A stretch of DNA of 63,101 bases, filler included, from Jimgerdemannia flammicorona (GCA_003990765.1; 2 parts of 2 records of this genome joined end to end with filler, not necessarily neighbours in it), one strand, 5' to 3'; shown: positions 25,554-39,410, numbered from the whole stretch's first letter. Notes: generated by a model not told the origin, from the letters alone. Program-made: numbers and translations.

Positions 25554-26500
25554 GTACAGATATGAGCAAAAATTAGTCAGAAGAATCTACTAGATCTTCA
25601 GGTATACACTCTGGGCTATTCCCAACCTTGAGTATATCAAGATCTCTGACATTTAAGAATTGACAAGCCACTATACAGACTATCTTGAGAAAATGGTTGC
25701 CAAGGAGATCCAATTCACTATCATAGTCAAGAGTGATATAGTTCAAGATCTTTAGAACCCTATTCTAGAGGACAACTCAGATCAATTTCTTTATAGTCTG
25801 ATTGTACTATTTTAAGGCTCTCTTCTGAGAGTTTACTACTCTTTGAACTCTATAGATATTTTCTACTTTATGGATAACCTCACCATTAACTAGAGATCTC
25901 AAGAGCAGAATGATATCATCTCCTCAGACAACTTGGAGAATAATAATAACCCACTTATTCTACTAAAAAATGATGTCTACAACTTCCTTTCTCTCTTCTA
26001 AGATCCTCTTACTGACCCCAATATAATTGTAGAGAATGCAGAAAATTATTTAGCCAGACTTCCTAATGAAAATAAGAAGAAAGATGAAGATGATATAATT
26101 TCTATCACATTGAACTTTAAGATACATGAAAATGGCTCTATTAGTCAAATTTGAGTAAGTTAGTAACTATATATTTAACTAGCTATATTCAGGTTAGTTG
26201 GTTAGTTGTACAAATAGTAACTATACTTTAATTAGCCAAATTTGTCATAAATATAAAACTAGCCTTTTTTAGTTAATTAGTCATCTGAATTCCAAAAGTA
26301 TACTAAATAATATCTTCTAGTAATTATAAGTTTTAACCAATTATCCAGCCTTATATATAGTCTGAAATTTATATAAATATCCCTTCTGTAGTAAATAAAT
26401 CTCAGTCAATTAGTATGCAATACAAGTCAATTAGTTTATAATATCAACTTAAGTTCTGAAAGACAAGAGAAGTTGAGTGTAAGAACTTTGAGAAAAGACT
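25554..26500 (+). mobile_element. Relic E: decayed LTR fragment with ORF X remnant and TATA/AATAAA module (right end uncertain)
   Basis: From 25555 it reads YRYEQKLVRRIY*IFRYTLWAIPNLEYIKISDI*ELTSHYTDYLEKMV, with an acidic tail to ~26110. ttatataaat...aaataaatctcagtc at ~26369-26408 mirrors the LTRs of A and B. Confidence 0.6.
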
Positions 26501-27499
26501 TCAAGAGCTAAAGGAAATCACTCTTGCTACTGCTACAAAAATTGAATACAAGATCAGAAAATACTACTACAAGATCAAATTCTAGGAATCAAGATATCTA
26601 CCTAGAGCACAAAGCTTAGAGATTGAGAAGATGAATTACTCTTACCACTGCTGCTAGTCAAGTCAGTCAGTTAATCACTATTACAGAAAAATGTATAGAA
26701 ATCAAGATCAAAACTATATTTTTAAGATATGAGCCAATTATCAGTTAATGCTACTTCAAAAAATCATCATGAAACTCAAGATATAAGTCAGTTAGTTAAG
26801 ATGACCACCAAGAGCCAGAAAACATCAGAATGCTGCCAGAAAACATAGAAAACCACTATGAAACTCACTAGAAAACTTAGCTAAGAATACTAGAATAATC
26901 ATTAGTATTGCAATATATATTCTTTCACCTTTCACTATTTCGAACATCTAGTCACATGACCAATGACCCATGACACATGAATTCCAATCTGACATAAGAA
27001 ATATGAACAAATTGAACAGTAGTTAAACTGAATATAGAATCAGAATATTGCTAGTAAAGATATCAATAGCCTATATATAATCAGTAGTATCATTGAGTTG
27101 TACATATTAGTATCTATCAGCAATCAGACCTATACAAATTATATATATACTATACTAGATATATTAAAACAAATACTCTAAGGTATTTTTGAAAGATATC
27201 ATTCATTAGTATCTAGAATATTACTAGTATATTAGTGAGACTAAAGAGTATTATATAAAATTTATAGTATTCAAAATATTATTTTTAAAATATCTTCTTC
27301 TTTGATATAAATTTGATAATATTCTAATTAATACTCAAACAAGTCAATTAATCTGGATTAGATTCAGATTAGATTCAGATTAAATTCTATCCAGATCAAC
27401 TTAGATAGAAAATGAGCTAATCCAGATTGATTCAAATTGATCATTGTTTTGATTTCTAAATTAGATAATTAAATATTATAACATAGTAGATACTTAACC

Positions 27500-30312
27500 T
27501 TGAAAATATGTCAGATTTCTGTATCTTGAAAACTTAATCTTCTTTAACTCTGCAGAGTCCTCAGGATACAGAGGTGGGTGAGTTCAAAGTGTATCTACCT
27601 ATAGGCTTACTAGTTCTTTTACTTTCTCTTTGCTTTGAACTATTTTGATCTGAGGTTTATTCACTTTAAGATATTAGGTTATTTATATAAGTTTACTAGC
27701 TATAAGGTAGGTGACTAAGTTATAAGTTATTTCAAAAGTATTAAAACATTTTAACATTATCAAAATACTATACTATATTGGGTCTTTGATTTTGAATCTT
27801 TTGAAATATTTAGAAATTATTGAAATTGAGGACTACTAACTATAAGGCTATACTACTTTGAGACTGATAGAAATTAAGTATCTTATAAGTGTACAACCTC
27901 CAAGCCACTAAAATCACATATTACCCTCTGAACAAGCCACCAAAATCATATGCAACCTCTGAATAAATTGAAAATCATCTGCAAGATTATAAAGCTGAGT
28001 CAAACTAAAGTTACAGCATATAAAGCTGAGTTAATATAAAATCACAGAACACAAGATTTACATAAACAGAATATTACCAATCAGGACCAAATGTATATAT
28101 ACCAAGTACTGAGATACATCAAAACAGAGAATCAAACAAATAACCCTAACTCCTGAACATACAAACAAATATAACTACCAAGATCTACAACTGTATCTAT
28201 ACTGACATTTGGAATGCCATTGTCAACCAAGCCACACTCTCTCTATCTCTTATAAATATCTATAGCCTAGCACCTCTTTACTTAATAGAAGCCTGATGGA
28301 ATACTCTGAACATGCTTAGCAAGGTTCACTGAATTGGACAAATCTCAAGCTACTACCAGATCAGCTACCTCCTAGAAGACATAACTGAACACCACCATGA
28401 TACAGACATTACTCAGATGTCTCAATACCAGAAACTCATTGCTCATAAACATTAAGAATTCTTCTATGAGTACAGTACCTTTATTCTCTACCTCTGAGTT
28501 ACTACTGCTAAAATGGTTGCTACCCTATCCAATGGTCAAATTGATGATATGATATAAGAGCTCAACCACAAGTACATTGAATATATTTAAACCACAAACA
28601 GAACCTTTCCACCTCTGATAACTATATCCTACAAATGCCCCAAGTTGGATACATCATGAAGGATATCTATAATATAATCCAGTTTGATGATGATGAAGCA
28701 AAAGATAATGATCCCTCTAATACTAACATGACCTCAAGTCAAGGATCACTGCCAACCCTAATTACCCTGTCAGCCTTACCAATAAACTTACAATAGTTCA
28801 TAACTATCTATGAGATCTATTGGAATAATAACTACTGGCATGAGTACTAACCTGTATTCACCTCTGATTATTTTAACTACAATAAAGAGACTAGAGAACA
28901 CAACCCATATCTCCAGACAACTCTTGAGATCAAACCAACAACTCCACTACCTGAGTATGAGTAACATGAAGTACAACCACTAGTATACTACAATCCTGCA
29001 ACTCACAGTACCATTACCTACAGAAGGTACACTGATAGTGAATCTGATGAAAGCAAAGATAATATACCCCTCCTTTGCCCACCAACTCCTTACCCAGCAT
29101 ATGAGACAAATAATACTATCTTGTGAGATAGTGATGAAGTCTCAATGTATTATTACCTTAGTGAACAAGAAAAATTAATCCATGAACAACTCTTCCTAGA
29201 TAACTACTTCATTAGAGATGATATCATCGATAGTGATATCATTGAAGACTATCTAGACAGCATCTAAATCTATATAGCTTAGCAGTTATAGTATAGTTAG
29301 ATTAGCCTTATATGATATGACTGTGAACTGACTCAGTAGTCAGATGATATCTTAATATATCAGATCACACTTATACTACATATGTGACTGCATTCCAACT
29401 CAGTAAAGCACTAAGTGCTATATCTATATCTAGCATAGTCCAGATAGCCCCTCACTAGTATAAATACCCTCTCCCTCAGACCTCAGAATCTCAGACAAAA
29501 AACAGACTCAAATACACAAGAAAATTTCTGAACACTTTCCCATAATATTCCTTTATATAACTACTCTTAGTATAGCAATATTATGAATAATGAATAAACC
29601 TATTTAATAACCCACAAATCACTCTTAAGTAAATCTGCTCCCTATTAGATCTCACTCCTAACTCTATCATGAAATTTTCTAATTGGATATTGTCTGCAGC
29701 AATATACCAATTCAACTAAGCTGATCTTAGTTTCTTGAACTTTCTAAAATACAGAAAATCCTAAACATCCAAAACTAGTCTAAAAAAAGAACTTTGGTTG
29801 AGATGTCAATCCAATCTTGAAATCAATAAGTATAGAGGACATACTCCATATGAAATTGATCTTGACCATAAGAAAACAGTCTTTCAGAATATCCAGAACT
29901 TCCAGAAACCCTTCCAGAACTATGTAACAGTTATCCTAACAAGTAACTCTCTTACATATCTATTTCTTATTTCCTTCTTTCAAATTTGATTCTACTATCA
30001 CAACTTCCTTCTGAATAGATAGTCTCATCTCTGAAACATCTATTCAAATTTCCAGGCCTCAACAGTCTGTTGGTCTTGTACTGTGCAATATATTGTATCA
30101 CTATCTCCCAATAGTCTCATCTTACTAGCTCAAAATCAGTAGAAGTTATTTCTTGTAGGTAGGCTAGTACTGATTCATCATCTCAGAATAACTTATAAAT
30201 TCTTTTGATAATGGTGATTTGTAAATAGGAGAGCTGACACTCTGCAATCTAATCATCCTTGGTTATTTCTGGGCTCTTATTGAGTATCTGTCTAAGTTTG
30301 AAGTACTCTTGG
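27500..30312 (-). mobile_element. Relic F: minus-strand LTR fragment with ORF X, split by a solo C LTR (left end approximate)
   Basis: 30312-30050 reads QEYFKLRQILNKSPEITKDD*IAECQLSYLQITIIKRIYKLF*DDESVLAYLQEITSTDFELVR*DYWEIVI. The reverse complement of 27650-27705 (gctagtaaacttatataaataacc...gtgaataaacctcag) matches the B-LTR promoter module. Confidence 0.65.
27884..29956 (+). mobile_element. Old solo LTR of family C with decayed ORF X
   Basis: Homologous over its full length to 40005-42067. TATCT 5-bp TSD at 27879-27883 and 29957-29961. Confidence 0.9.
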
Positions 30313-31489
30313 TGTAAGCGCACAACCTTCAAGCCACCAAAATTGCATAGCATCCTCAGAACTAATTTGGAAACCACATGTGAGACTACAAAACAAGAGA
30401 TCATCTGGTTATACGAAATATGCCAGCAAGCATGAGAACCCACCGCCAAGATATAAGAATACTAGAAGAAGTACTACAACCATAAGACTGACTCTGAACT
30501 ACTATAACTAGTTTGGTATACTGTACTTTACAAAAGGAAACCGAAAGTACCAAACTCAAATTGAGATAAGAAGAACTCTATCTCATCTATCAAAAGGTTC
30601 ACAAACTGCACTTATCAACTCAAGACTAAGATACACTGTGACTATATAAGACCTCATTACTTAGTAGAAGTAAAATGCATTTGAACAACTCTGTTCACTC
30701 TATCTATGTCACCTCCATTGGAGAGTGACAGATGCTTCATCTGAACTTAAGAAAGCCAACAACATCGAAACCAATCTCAAGCCATCCACGTGATAGATAT
30801 TACTACTAGAAATTGCCTTGGATTATAGAAAATATCATTTCTGAGAGGTTCAAACCCCCAGCCATGACATTGGGAGCTCTCGCACTAGATGAGAATAGCC
30901 AGTCCTTACAAATGCGCCAGCAGACCAAAAAAAAAAGAACTAAGACCTGTTATCCTTGTACAACCACCACCACCAAAGATAGCCTTAATCTTGCAAGAGA
31001 TAGAAGTGACAACATTTTGAAACTGATGATGTCAGAAGTCAGAAAACTGCTCAGACTTTGCCAGTGATGATGTCATCAATAGTGATGTCATTGAAGACTA
31101 CCCAGACAACATCTAAACCTATAAATAGCTTAGCAGTCATAGTATAGTTAGATTAGCCTTGTATGACATGACTGTGAACTGACTCAGCAGTTAGACGATC
31201 TCTTGATATATCAGATCACACTTGTACTACATGACTACATTCCGACTCAGCAAGGTACTAAGTGCTACATCCATATTCAGCATAGTCCAGATAGCCCCTC
31301 ACTAGTATAAATATCCCCTCCCCCAGACCTCAGAATCTCAGACTCGAACACACAAGAATATTTCTAAACACTTCTCCACAATATCTCTTTATATAAACTA
31401 CTCCTAGTATAGCAATATCATAAATAGCAAATAAATCTATTTAATAACCCACAAACCACTCTTAAGTAAATCTGCTCCCCATTAGGTCC
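30313..31489 (+). mobile_element. Chimeric family-C LTR carrying a B-family pol 3' fragment in place of ORF X
   Basis: Starts TGTAAGCGCACAACC (C terminus). 30395-31011 matches B 22518-23170. C-LTR sequence resumes at ~31064 and runs to a poly-T and the gap. Confidence 0.75.
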
Positions 31490-31505
31490 TTTTTTTTTTT
31501 TTTTT

Positions 31506-31605
31506 NNNNNNNNNNNNNNNNNNNNNNNNNNNNNNNNNNNNNNNNNNNNTTAATTAATTAANNNNNNNNNNNNNNNNNNNNNNNNNNNNNNNNNNNNNNN
31601 NNNNN
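31506..31605. other. Assembly gap with artificial all-frame-stop linker
   Basis: 44 N + TTAATTAATTAA + 44 N = exactly 100 nt. Confidence 0.97.
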
Positions 31606-33486
31606 TATTTATATAAACAGAATCTTACCAATTAGGACCAAATTCATATATACTGAGCACCGAGATGCGTCAAAATAGAGAACCAAAACAAACAACAACC
31701 ACAAACTTCCAAACATACAAACATGACCACTGAGATCTATAACTGTATCTGTGCTGACATTTGGAATGCTATTGTCAACTGAGCCACACCCCCTCTGCCC
31801 CTCATGAATATTCATAGCCTAGTACCCCTCTACTTCATAGAAGCCCAATGGAATGCTCTGAACATACTTAGCGAGGCCTACCAAATTGGACAAATATCAA
31901 GCTACTACCAGATTGGCTGCCTCTTGGAAGATATGGTCAAACACCATCATGATATAGACATTACCCAGATGTCTCAACACCAGAAGCTCATTGCCCACAA
32001 ACATCGAGAACTCTTCTATAAGTACAGCACCATTATTCCCCGCCTCCGAGTTACTACCAGTGAAATGGTTGCTACCCTGTCCTACAGCCAAATCGATGAC
32101 ATGATACAAGAACTCAACCACAAGTACCTCAAGTACATCGAAACCACAGACAGAACCTTCCCACACCCCAATGATTAAATCCTGCAAATGTCCCAAGTTG
32201 GATATGCTATGAAGGACGTCTATGATATAATCCACTTCGATGAAGATGAAGCAGAAGACAATGATCCCTCTGACACCAACATGACCTCTAGCCAAGGATC
32301 TCTGCCAACCCTGATCACTCCGCCAACCTTGCTGATGAAACTGCATACGAGACTTATTGAGACAATGACCACTGGCATGAATACCAACCCACATTCTCCC
32401 CCGATTACTTCAACTACAATGAAGAGACCAGAGAACACAACCTGTACCTTCAGACAACCCTCAAGATTGAACCAATCACTCCACCACCTGAGTATGAGCA
32501 ATATGAACCACAGCCACCAGCTTACTACAATCCTGCAACTCATAGTGCTGTAACCTATAGAAGGTACGCAGACAGTGAATCCGATGAAAGCGAAGACAAT
32601 ACACCCATCCTTCATCCACCAATACCTTATCTAGTCTATGAGACAGACGATGCTATCCTGTGGGATGAAGATGAAGTCCCAATGTATTACTATCTCAGCC
32701 AACAAGGAGAAGTAATCCACGAACCACTCTTCCTAGACGACTACTTCATCAGAGATGATGCAATCGATGGTGATGTCATCGAAGACTACCCAGATAGTGC
32801 CTAAACCTATAAATAGTCTAACAGTCATAGTATAGATAGATTAGCCTTGTACGACGTGACTGTGAACTGACTCAGCAGTCAGACAATCTCTTGACATATT
32901 AGATCACACTTGTACTACGTGACTGCATTCCGACTCAGCAAGGCACTTAGTGCTACATCCATATTCAGCATAGTCTAGATAACCCCTCACTAGTATAAAT
33001 ACCCCCTCCCCCAGACCTCAGAATCTCAGACTTGAACAATCCAAACACAACTCCTGAGTACTTCCCCATAATATTCCTTCACACAACTACTCCTAGTATA
33101 GCAATATCATGAATAGCAAATAAACCTATTCCATTTCCCACAAACCACTCTTAAGTAAATCCACTCTCTGTTAGGTCCCACTCCTAACTCCATCACGAAA
33201 TTTCCTAATTGGGTATTGTCTGCAGCGATACGCTAATTCAACTAAGCTGGTCTTAGTTTCTTGAACTTCCTGAAATACGGAAAATTCTGAACATCCAGAA
33301 CTAGTCCGAAAAAGGACTTTGGTTGAGACATCAACCCAATCTTGAAATCAATAAGTGTAGAGGATGTACTCCATATGAAATTGATCTTGACCATAAAGAA
33401 AACGGTCTTCCTGAATATCCAGAATATCCAGAAAACTCTCCCAGAACTATGTAACAGTCACCCTAAAAAGTAACCCTCTTACAACT

Positions 33487-33498
33487 TGGTAGCAGTGG
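33487..33498 (+). promoter_or_regulatory. Primer-binding site of C1, initiator tRNA-Met type
   Basis: TGGTAGCAGTGG begins 3 nt after the LTR. TGGTAGC is the complement of the tRNA-iMet 3' end. Confidence 0.72.
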
Positions 33499-35510
33499 TT
33501 TACAATCCAATTCTGCTTCAAGACACTTCCTCACCCTGCTACAAACCCTTCCGAGAATTCCTACAAGTTGGTATAAAGCCCAACCTCTGAACTGGAATTT
33601 ATCCTGAACCATCTGACAATCTGGAGAGAATTGAATCTGATATACAAGAACAATTTGACCTCCACACCTGCAACAAGTAGGATAAACTTCATTCAAAGAA
33701 AGAAGTACTCAAGTTAAATCAGCAAATAGGTGAAACCCTATTCACTGAACTCCTTGCACTACACCCAGCAAGTCAAGATGAAGAAGGTCTTATTGAAGCC
33801 TTCTTTACTCTTCTCAACAAGAGTTTTGTCAGCTCCACAAATCTGAGCAACCTAGGACAACCAGCAGCAGTCTTTCTAGCCTTAGTTCCTCACAAAGCCC
33901 AAGCCTCTGTAGCCAAGTGGCTCAACTCTACCAACTTTCACTACACCAGGACCAAGACTGCCTTATACTACTGATTCCAGAACAGCAAGGCCCACCATAT
34001 CCTTAAAGAAGAAGCAAGAGAAACCCTTCATCAACTACCTGACCCCGAACCTGAAGCAGGCCCTACTACAGCCCTACCTGAATCTAAAACCAATACTGAA
34101 CCTGAACTTGACTTTGAATTAAGTCTGTCTGAAATCAGATATACAACTGATTCTGTCTACTTTGACGCTGAGCAAACCCAATTACACAGGGACCAAACTG
34201 AAGAAGAGGAGGAGTATCTCACCGAATTCGATCCTGGATACACTACTGAAGGAGACACACGTCCATCAGGACAGAATACACCTACACAGCAACAAACAGT
34301 TATCTATCAAGTCCTTACTCCAGATCCACAACTACTACTCCAGCAACTTACACAGACCCAAAGAACCCCATCACACTCTGCACCAGTACCTTAAGTAGTA
34401 CCAGTAACACCACTACCAGCAGTCCAGCCACCTCCAGTAAACAACATGGCGAACCAACAGATTCTAGACCTCATAGTCCAAGTAGCTATAATGGCAGCAA
34501 CCATTACTGCCTTAGCCGAACAGACCCAACCTACAAAAAATCTGAGCCTACCTACCTTCAATGGTACTGTATAAGAAGTCCAAAGCTTCATTAGTGTAGT
34601 TGACACCAACTTTGAAGCCAATCAATAGACCAATGAGTGAGTTGCTGACCGCGTTCTGACAAACAATCAAGACCATACCCTGGAACAACTCTTTGCTACA
34701 ACTACAGCCTATGTCCGCCAAGTTGTTACATTCTTCTGAGGACCTGCCGAAGAATGGTAGCGAACCCTTCCTGAAAAACCCCTCACATGGGATACCTGAC
34801 CTGCAGTAGTTGCTCAGAATGTAGCAAACAATACCCCAGGATATGGAGCCCATCCTGCAGCCCCTGGACTCAAACAACTCATAATTGCTCAATATCGCAG
34901 CGAAACCATGATTGCTGAATCTCGAGTAAAACTCTGCAACCTCAAATTTGATATATATGGCAAGGAAGAATTTGAAATCTTCTATACAAAACTCAAGTCA
35001 CTCCTGAACACTGTTGGCCTAGGATACATTGCCAATGACGAAGCACGAAATGGTATAAGAGCAGACCATTTATTTGATGCCCTGTCTGAATGGCTTACTA
35101 GAAAAATCCGAGAACAAGGCCGCCCAGTTGGTTGTAATCACCAACAATAGTGCCTGGCAAGAATCAAGACTATGGTCAAGTGAATCCTAACAGCCGGACC
35201 AATTCTGCCCTGAAGACAATTTAACAACAAAGAAAAGACTTGGATCAAAAAAGAAGAACCCAAGCATGAAGCATCCTGAGCTCCCTCCACATCCACCTCT
35301 TAGACACCCAGAAATCATGAACTCACCCAGCCAAGTACCTTCAAGAAACTTACTGAAGGCGAAAGAAATGAACTTTGAAGAAGTGGAGCATACTTCTATT
35401 GCCGAAAGACAGGACACATGGCCAGTGCCTGCCTCAACCGAAAACCCCGAACAGCAACATGAGCAACTGTTACCACTCTTCACCACCTCAACAACCTGAC
35501 TACAAGAACA

Positions 35511-35918
35511 CTAGACTTTGTCAAGTTAAGACAAACTGCTAAGGCCCCAACCAAAGGAAGTCAAAAATCAGCCGGATATGACCTGTATGCAGCCGAAGAA
35601 GCTACAGGCTCCAACCGAGAAGTCAAACAAGTCTACACAGGAATCAGTATCCAAATCTCTGAAGGACATGTTGGAAGAATATGCTGTCGCAGCAGCCTAG
35701 CATTGAAAGAACTCTCAGTAGAAGGAGGAGTCATTGACGAAGATTACACAGGCAAAATCATTGTTCTCATTTGAAACCACAGTTGGATACCCTTTAAGAT
35801 CTCTATTGGTTTCTGTATTGCCCAGATCCTATTTGAAAAAATCGAGTCAACCCTGATAGTCAAGGAAGTCCCTGAACTACTGCCCACCATCCAAGGATCT
35901 AAAGGATTTGGCTCATCA
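35511..35918 (+). pseudogene. dut: dUTPase domain of C1 (between nucleocapsid and protease)
   Basis: Not in the ORF track. Translation gives LDFVKLRQTAKAPTKGSQKSAGYDLYA..CRSSLA..VEGGVIDEDYTGKI..IAQILF..GSKGFGSS. Confidence 0.92.
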
Positions 35919-38900
35919 AACAAGACCCCAGCCCAACCTACTATGAGCAAAGAAGAACAATTCTACAAGAAGATCGAAGATGGATATATACCAAGTGGCC
36001 GATGCCCTCATGGTATTGGAATGTACTCTTCCTAAATGATTGATGATTGCTTCTCTTGTGTCAACGAACTGGCTCAAAGAAGAACCAACAGAAGAAAGAC
36101 TCCTACAACCAAAATCACCACAATTGGATCAGACAAATTGCTCACCCTTAAAGCTTTTGTCAATGGAGCACCTGTCAAGATTATGATAGACAGTAGTGCC
36201 TCAGGCAACTTCATCAATGAGGAGACAGCCAACAGACTCAAGGTCTTCACCTCCCCAGTACAGCAAACTCAAGCAGTTGCTACAGCTGATGGAACCTCAC
36301 ATGTTATTAGCAAAGAAGTCCACAACCTACCCTTCTGAATTGGCAACTACCGAGTACATGTTACTCTCCAAATTGTACCACTTCCTGACAATGAAATCAT
36401 CCTTGGGACTCCATGGTTAAAACAAGAGAACCCCATGATCGATTGGGTAAACCATTCTCTGATCATCAAGAAAGGACGCCACAACTTCAAACTATAAGGC
36501 GAAAAGGACCCACTCAACTCTAGTGACCCTGGACCAAAGATCACCCACATCAACAAGCTACAACTCAAGAAATTGGCCAAGAAATGCCCTCTCTTCGCCA
36601 TCTCCATCCGACCATCCAAAGGAGAACCCGAGAACTCTGAAGAAGATTTTTCCAAAATTGACAGCCATGTCAGACCACTACTCCAGAAATTCTGAGACAT
36701 ATTCCCAAAGAAGCTCCCGAAAGGCCTACCTCCCAAACAAGCAGTAGACCATGCAATCAAGACTATCCCAGATGCCAAACCAGCCTTCAAGTCAATCTAC
36801 CACATGTCTCCAAGAGAAATTGATGCACTCAAGAAGGAAATCGATGAACTCCTAGAACAAGAATTCATCAGACCCAGTGTATCACCCTATGGTGCACCAG
36901 TCCTCTTCATTGTCAAAAAAGGAGGAGACCTATGAATGTGTATTGACTACCGCAATCTCAATGAACAGACCATCAAGAACTGTTGCCCACTACTGAGGAT
37001 CGATGAAATATTCGATAGACTTACCAACCCACAATTCATGAGCTCTTTTGACCTGTGAAATGGTTACTGGCAAATTGCCATGAAAGAAGAAGACATCTAC
37101 AAGACAGCTTTCCGAACTCGCTATGGATACTTCGAGTTCCTGGTTATGCCCTTCGGCCTAACTAATACTCCAGCAACCTTCCAGACACTGATGAATACCA
37201 TTCTGCATCTATACCTGGACAAATTCGTTATTGTCTATATTGATGACATCCTAGTCTTCAGCAAAACCCTGGAGGAACATCTTGAACACCTTGAACTAGT
37301 ACTACTGAAACTCTGTGAAAACCGACTCTTTGCAAAACTCAGCAAGTACGAATTTCTTCTGAAAGAAATTCAATTCCTTAGACACATTGTCACCCCAAAT
37401 GGAATCAAAGTAGACTCCAGCAAAATCTCTGCAATCAAAGATTAGCCTACACCGAAGAAGCTGAAAGACCTCCAGTCGTTCCTGGGATTAGCAAACTATT
37501 ATAGGCGATTTGTTGCCAACTTTGCTAAAATTGCTACTGCCCTCACCCAAATGACCAAGCACAATAAGAAACAAGAACAACCCTGGACCATAAAATAAGA
37601 GAAAGACTTCAACAATCTTGTAAATTGGGGATCTGAGCAAGATACTGCCTTTCAAGTGCTGAAAGATGCTCTGATAACCACACCAATACTTCAAGCGGCA
37701 AACTCTGTCCTACCATATGAAGTCACCACTGATGCCTCTGACCTAGCCCTTGGAGCAGTGCTCATGCAAGAAGGACACCCTGTGGCCTATCACTCCCGCA
37801 AGTTCAATGATGCCGAAATCAACTATGCAACTCACGAAAAGGAAATACTAGCCATCGTAGACACTCTGATCAAATGGCAACCATATCTAAAAGGAGCACA
37901 CTTCACTGTATTGACTGACCACAAGTCATTAGTCAATATCAAGACACAGGCTACCCTTTCTCGAAAGCAAGCTAGATAGATGAAAGTCCTCACCAACTTT
38001 GACTACGAAATCCAATACTGCTCTGGCAAGGAAAATATTGTTGCCGATGCAATCTCCAGACCACCAATTGAAGAGGTTATCCAAACTCTGACCTTGGTTA
38101 CCAACACTATCATGGAACAAATCATCGCAGCATGTGTTGATGATAAAGAAGCTCAAGCACTCTGAGAAATCCTAAACAATGATGATGCTGACAAGCACAC
38201 CTGGTACAATCAATACCAACTCAAGGACAATGCTATCTACTACAAGGACAGATTGTATGTTCCAAACAACCGAGACCTCCGAAGGACTATCCTATTTGAA
38301 TGTCATGATGTCCCTACAGCTGGACATTTAGGATTTGATAAATGTTATGAAGTTATCTCCCGAAACTTCTATTGGCCCTGCATGGCAGATCAGCTCAAAA
38401 CCTACATCACTTCCTGTGATGCCTGTTAATGAAACAAGTCCTCAACACTAGCAAAATCCGGCTTACTTCACCCTATCCCAGTGCCATCCGTAAATTGGGA
38501 ATAAATCTCTATGGACTTCATTGTACAACTACCCTGAACCAAGAATGGGAAAGATACAATTGTTGTCTTTGTGGACTACCTCAGCAAACAAGCCCACTTT
38601 GTGTCTACTACCACTACTGCAACAGCACCAGACATAGCCACACTCTTGTTTGACAACATCTTCCACTATCATGGCCTTCCTAAGATCACTATTAGTGACT
38701 GAGATCCGAAATTCACCAGCCACTTTTGGAAAGCCCTCCATGCACACCTTGGAACGAAACTTGCACTATCCACAGCCTTTCACCCTGAAACTGATGGCCA
38801 AACCGAAAGAATGAACCGAACTCTGGAACAAATGCTAAGGAACTATATCTCCTACAGACAAGATAATTGGCATGAATATCTCACCGCAGTCAAGTTTGCC

Positions 38901-39410
38901 TATAACAACAGCAAGCAAGCCTCTCTAGGAATGACCCCATTCTTCGCTAATACTGGACAAAACCCAAATACCCCTTTGACACTTATCCGAACCACTGAAG
39001 AACCCTCCACAGTCAAAGCCGTTGAAGAATTCCTACTCCGAATGTGCAATCTAAGCCAGATCGCAATTGAGAATTTATCACAAGCACAAGAACAACAGTC
39101 ACAGTATGTTAACCAACACCGCCAAGAAGAAACCTTTGATATTGGAGAAAAAGTTCTACTGGACATCAGAGGATACCGAGTTGACAACCTCAAGCACAGA
39201 CCATCTACAAAGCTGAACAACAAGTTCATTGGACCATTTGAAGTCATTATACAAGTCTCTCCAACCTCCTACAAACTGGCACTACCAGACACCATTAAGA
39301 TTCACCCAGTCTTTAATGTTCAACATCTCAAGTGATATAATGACAATGATGATGAACTATTTCCAAACCGAACCACCGAACCACCTGCACCTGTCATCAT
39401 TAATGACCAA

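Noticed and set aside
27290..27450. Short gattagattca-type repeats in AT-rich DNA
   Set aside because: Too degraded; no partner terminal inverted repeat or TSD was found.
31550..31561. Palindromic TTAATTAATTAA inside the N-run
   Set aside because: It is an artificial scaffolding linker. It also means adjacency across 31506-31605 is unproven.
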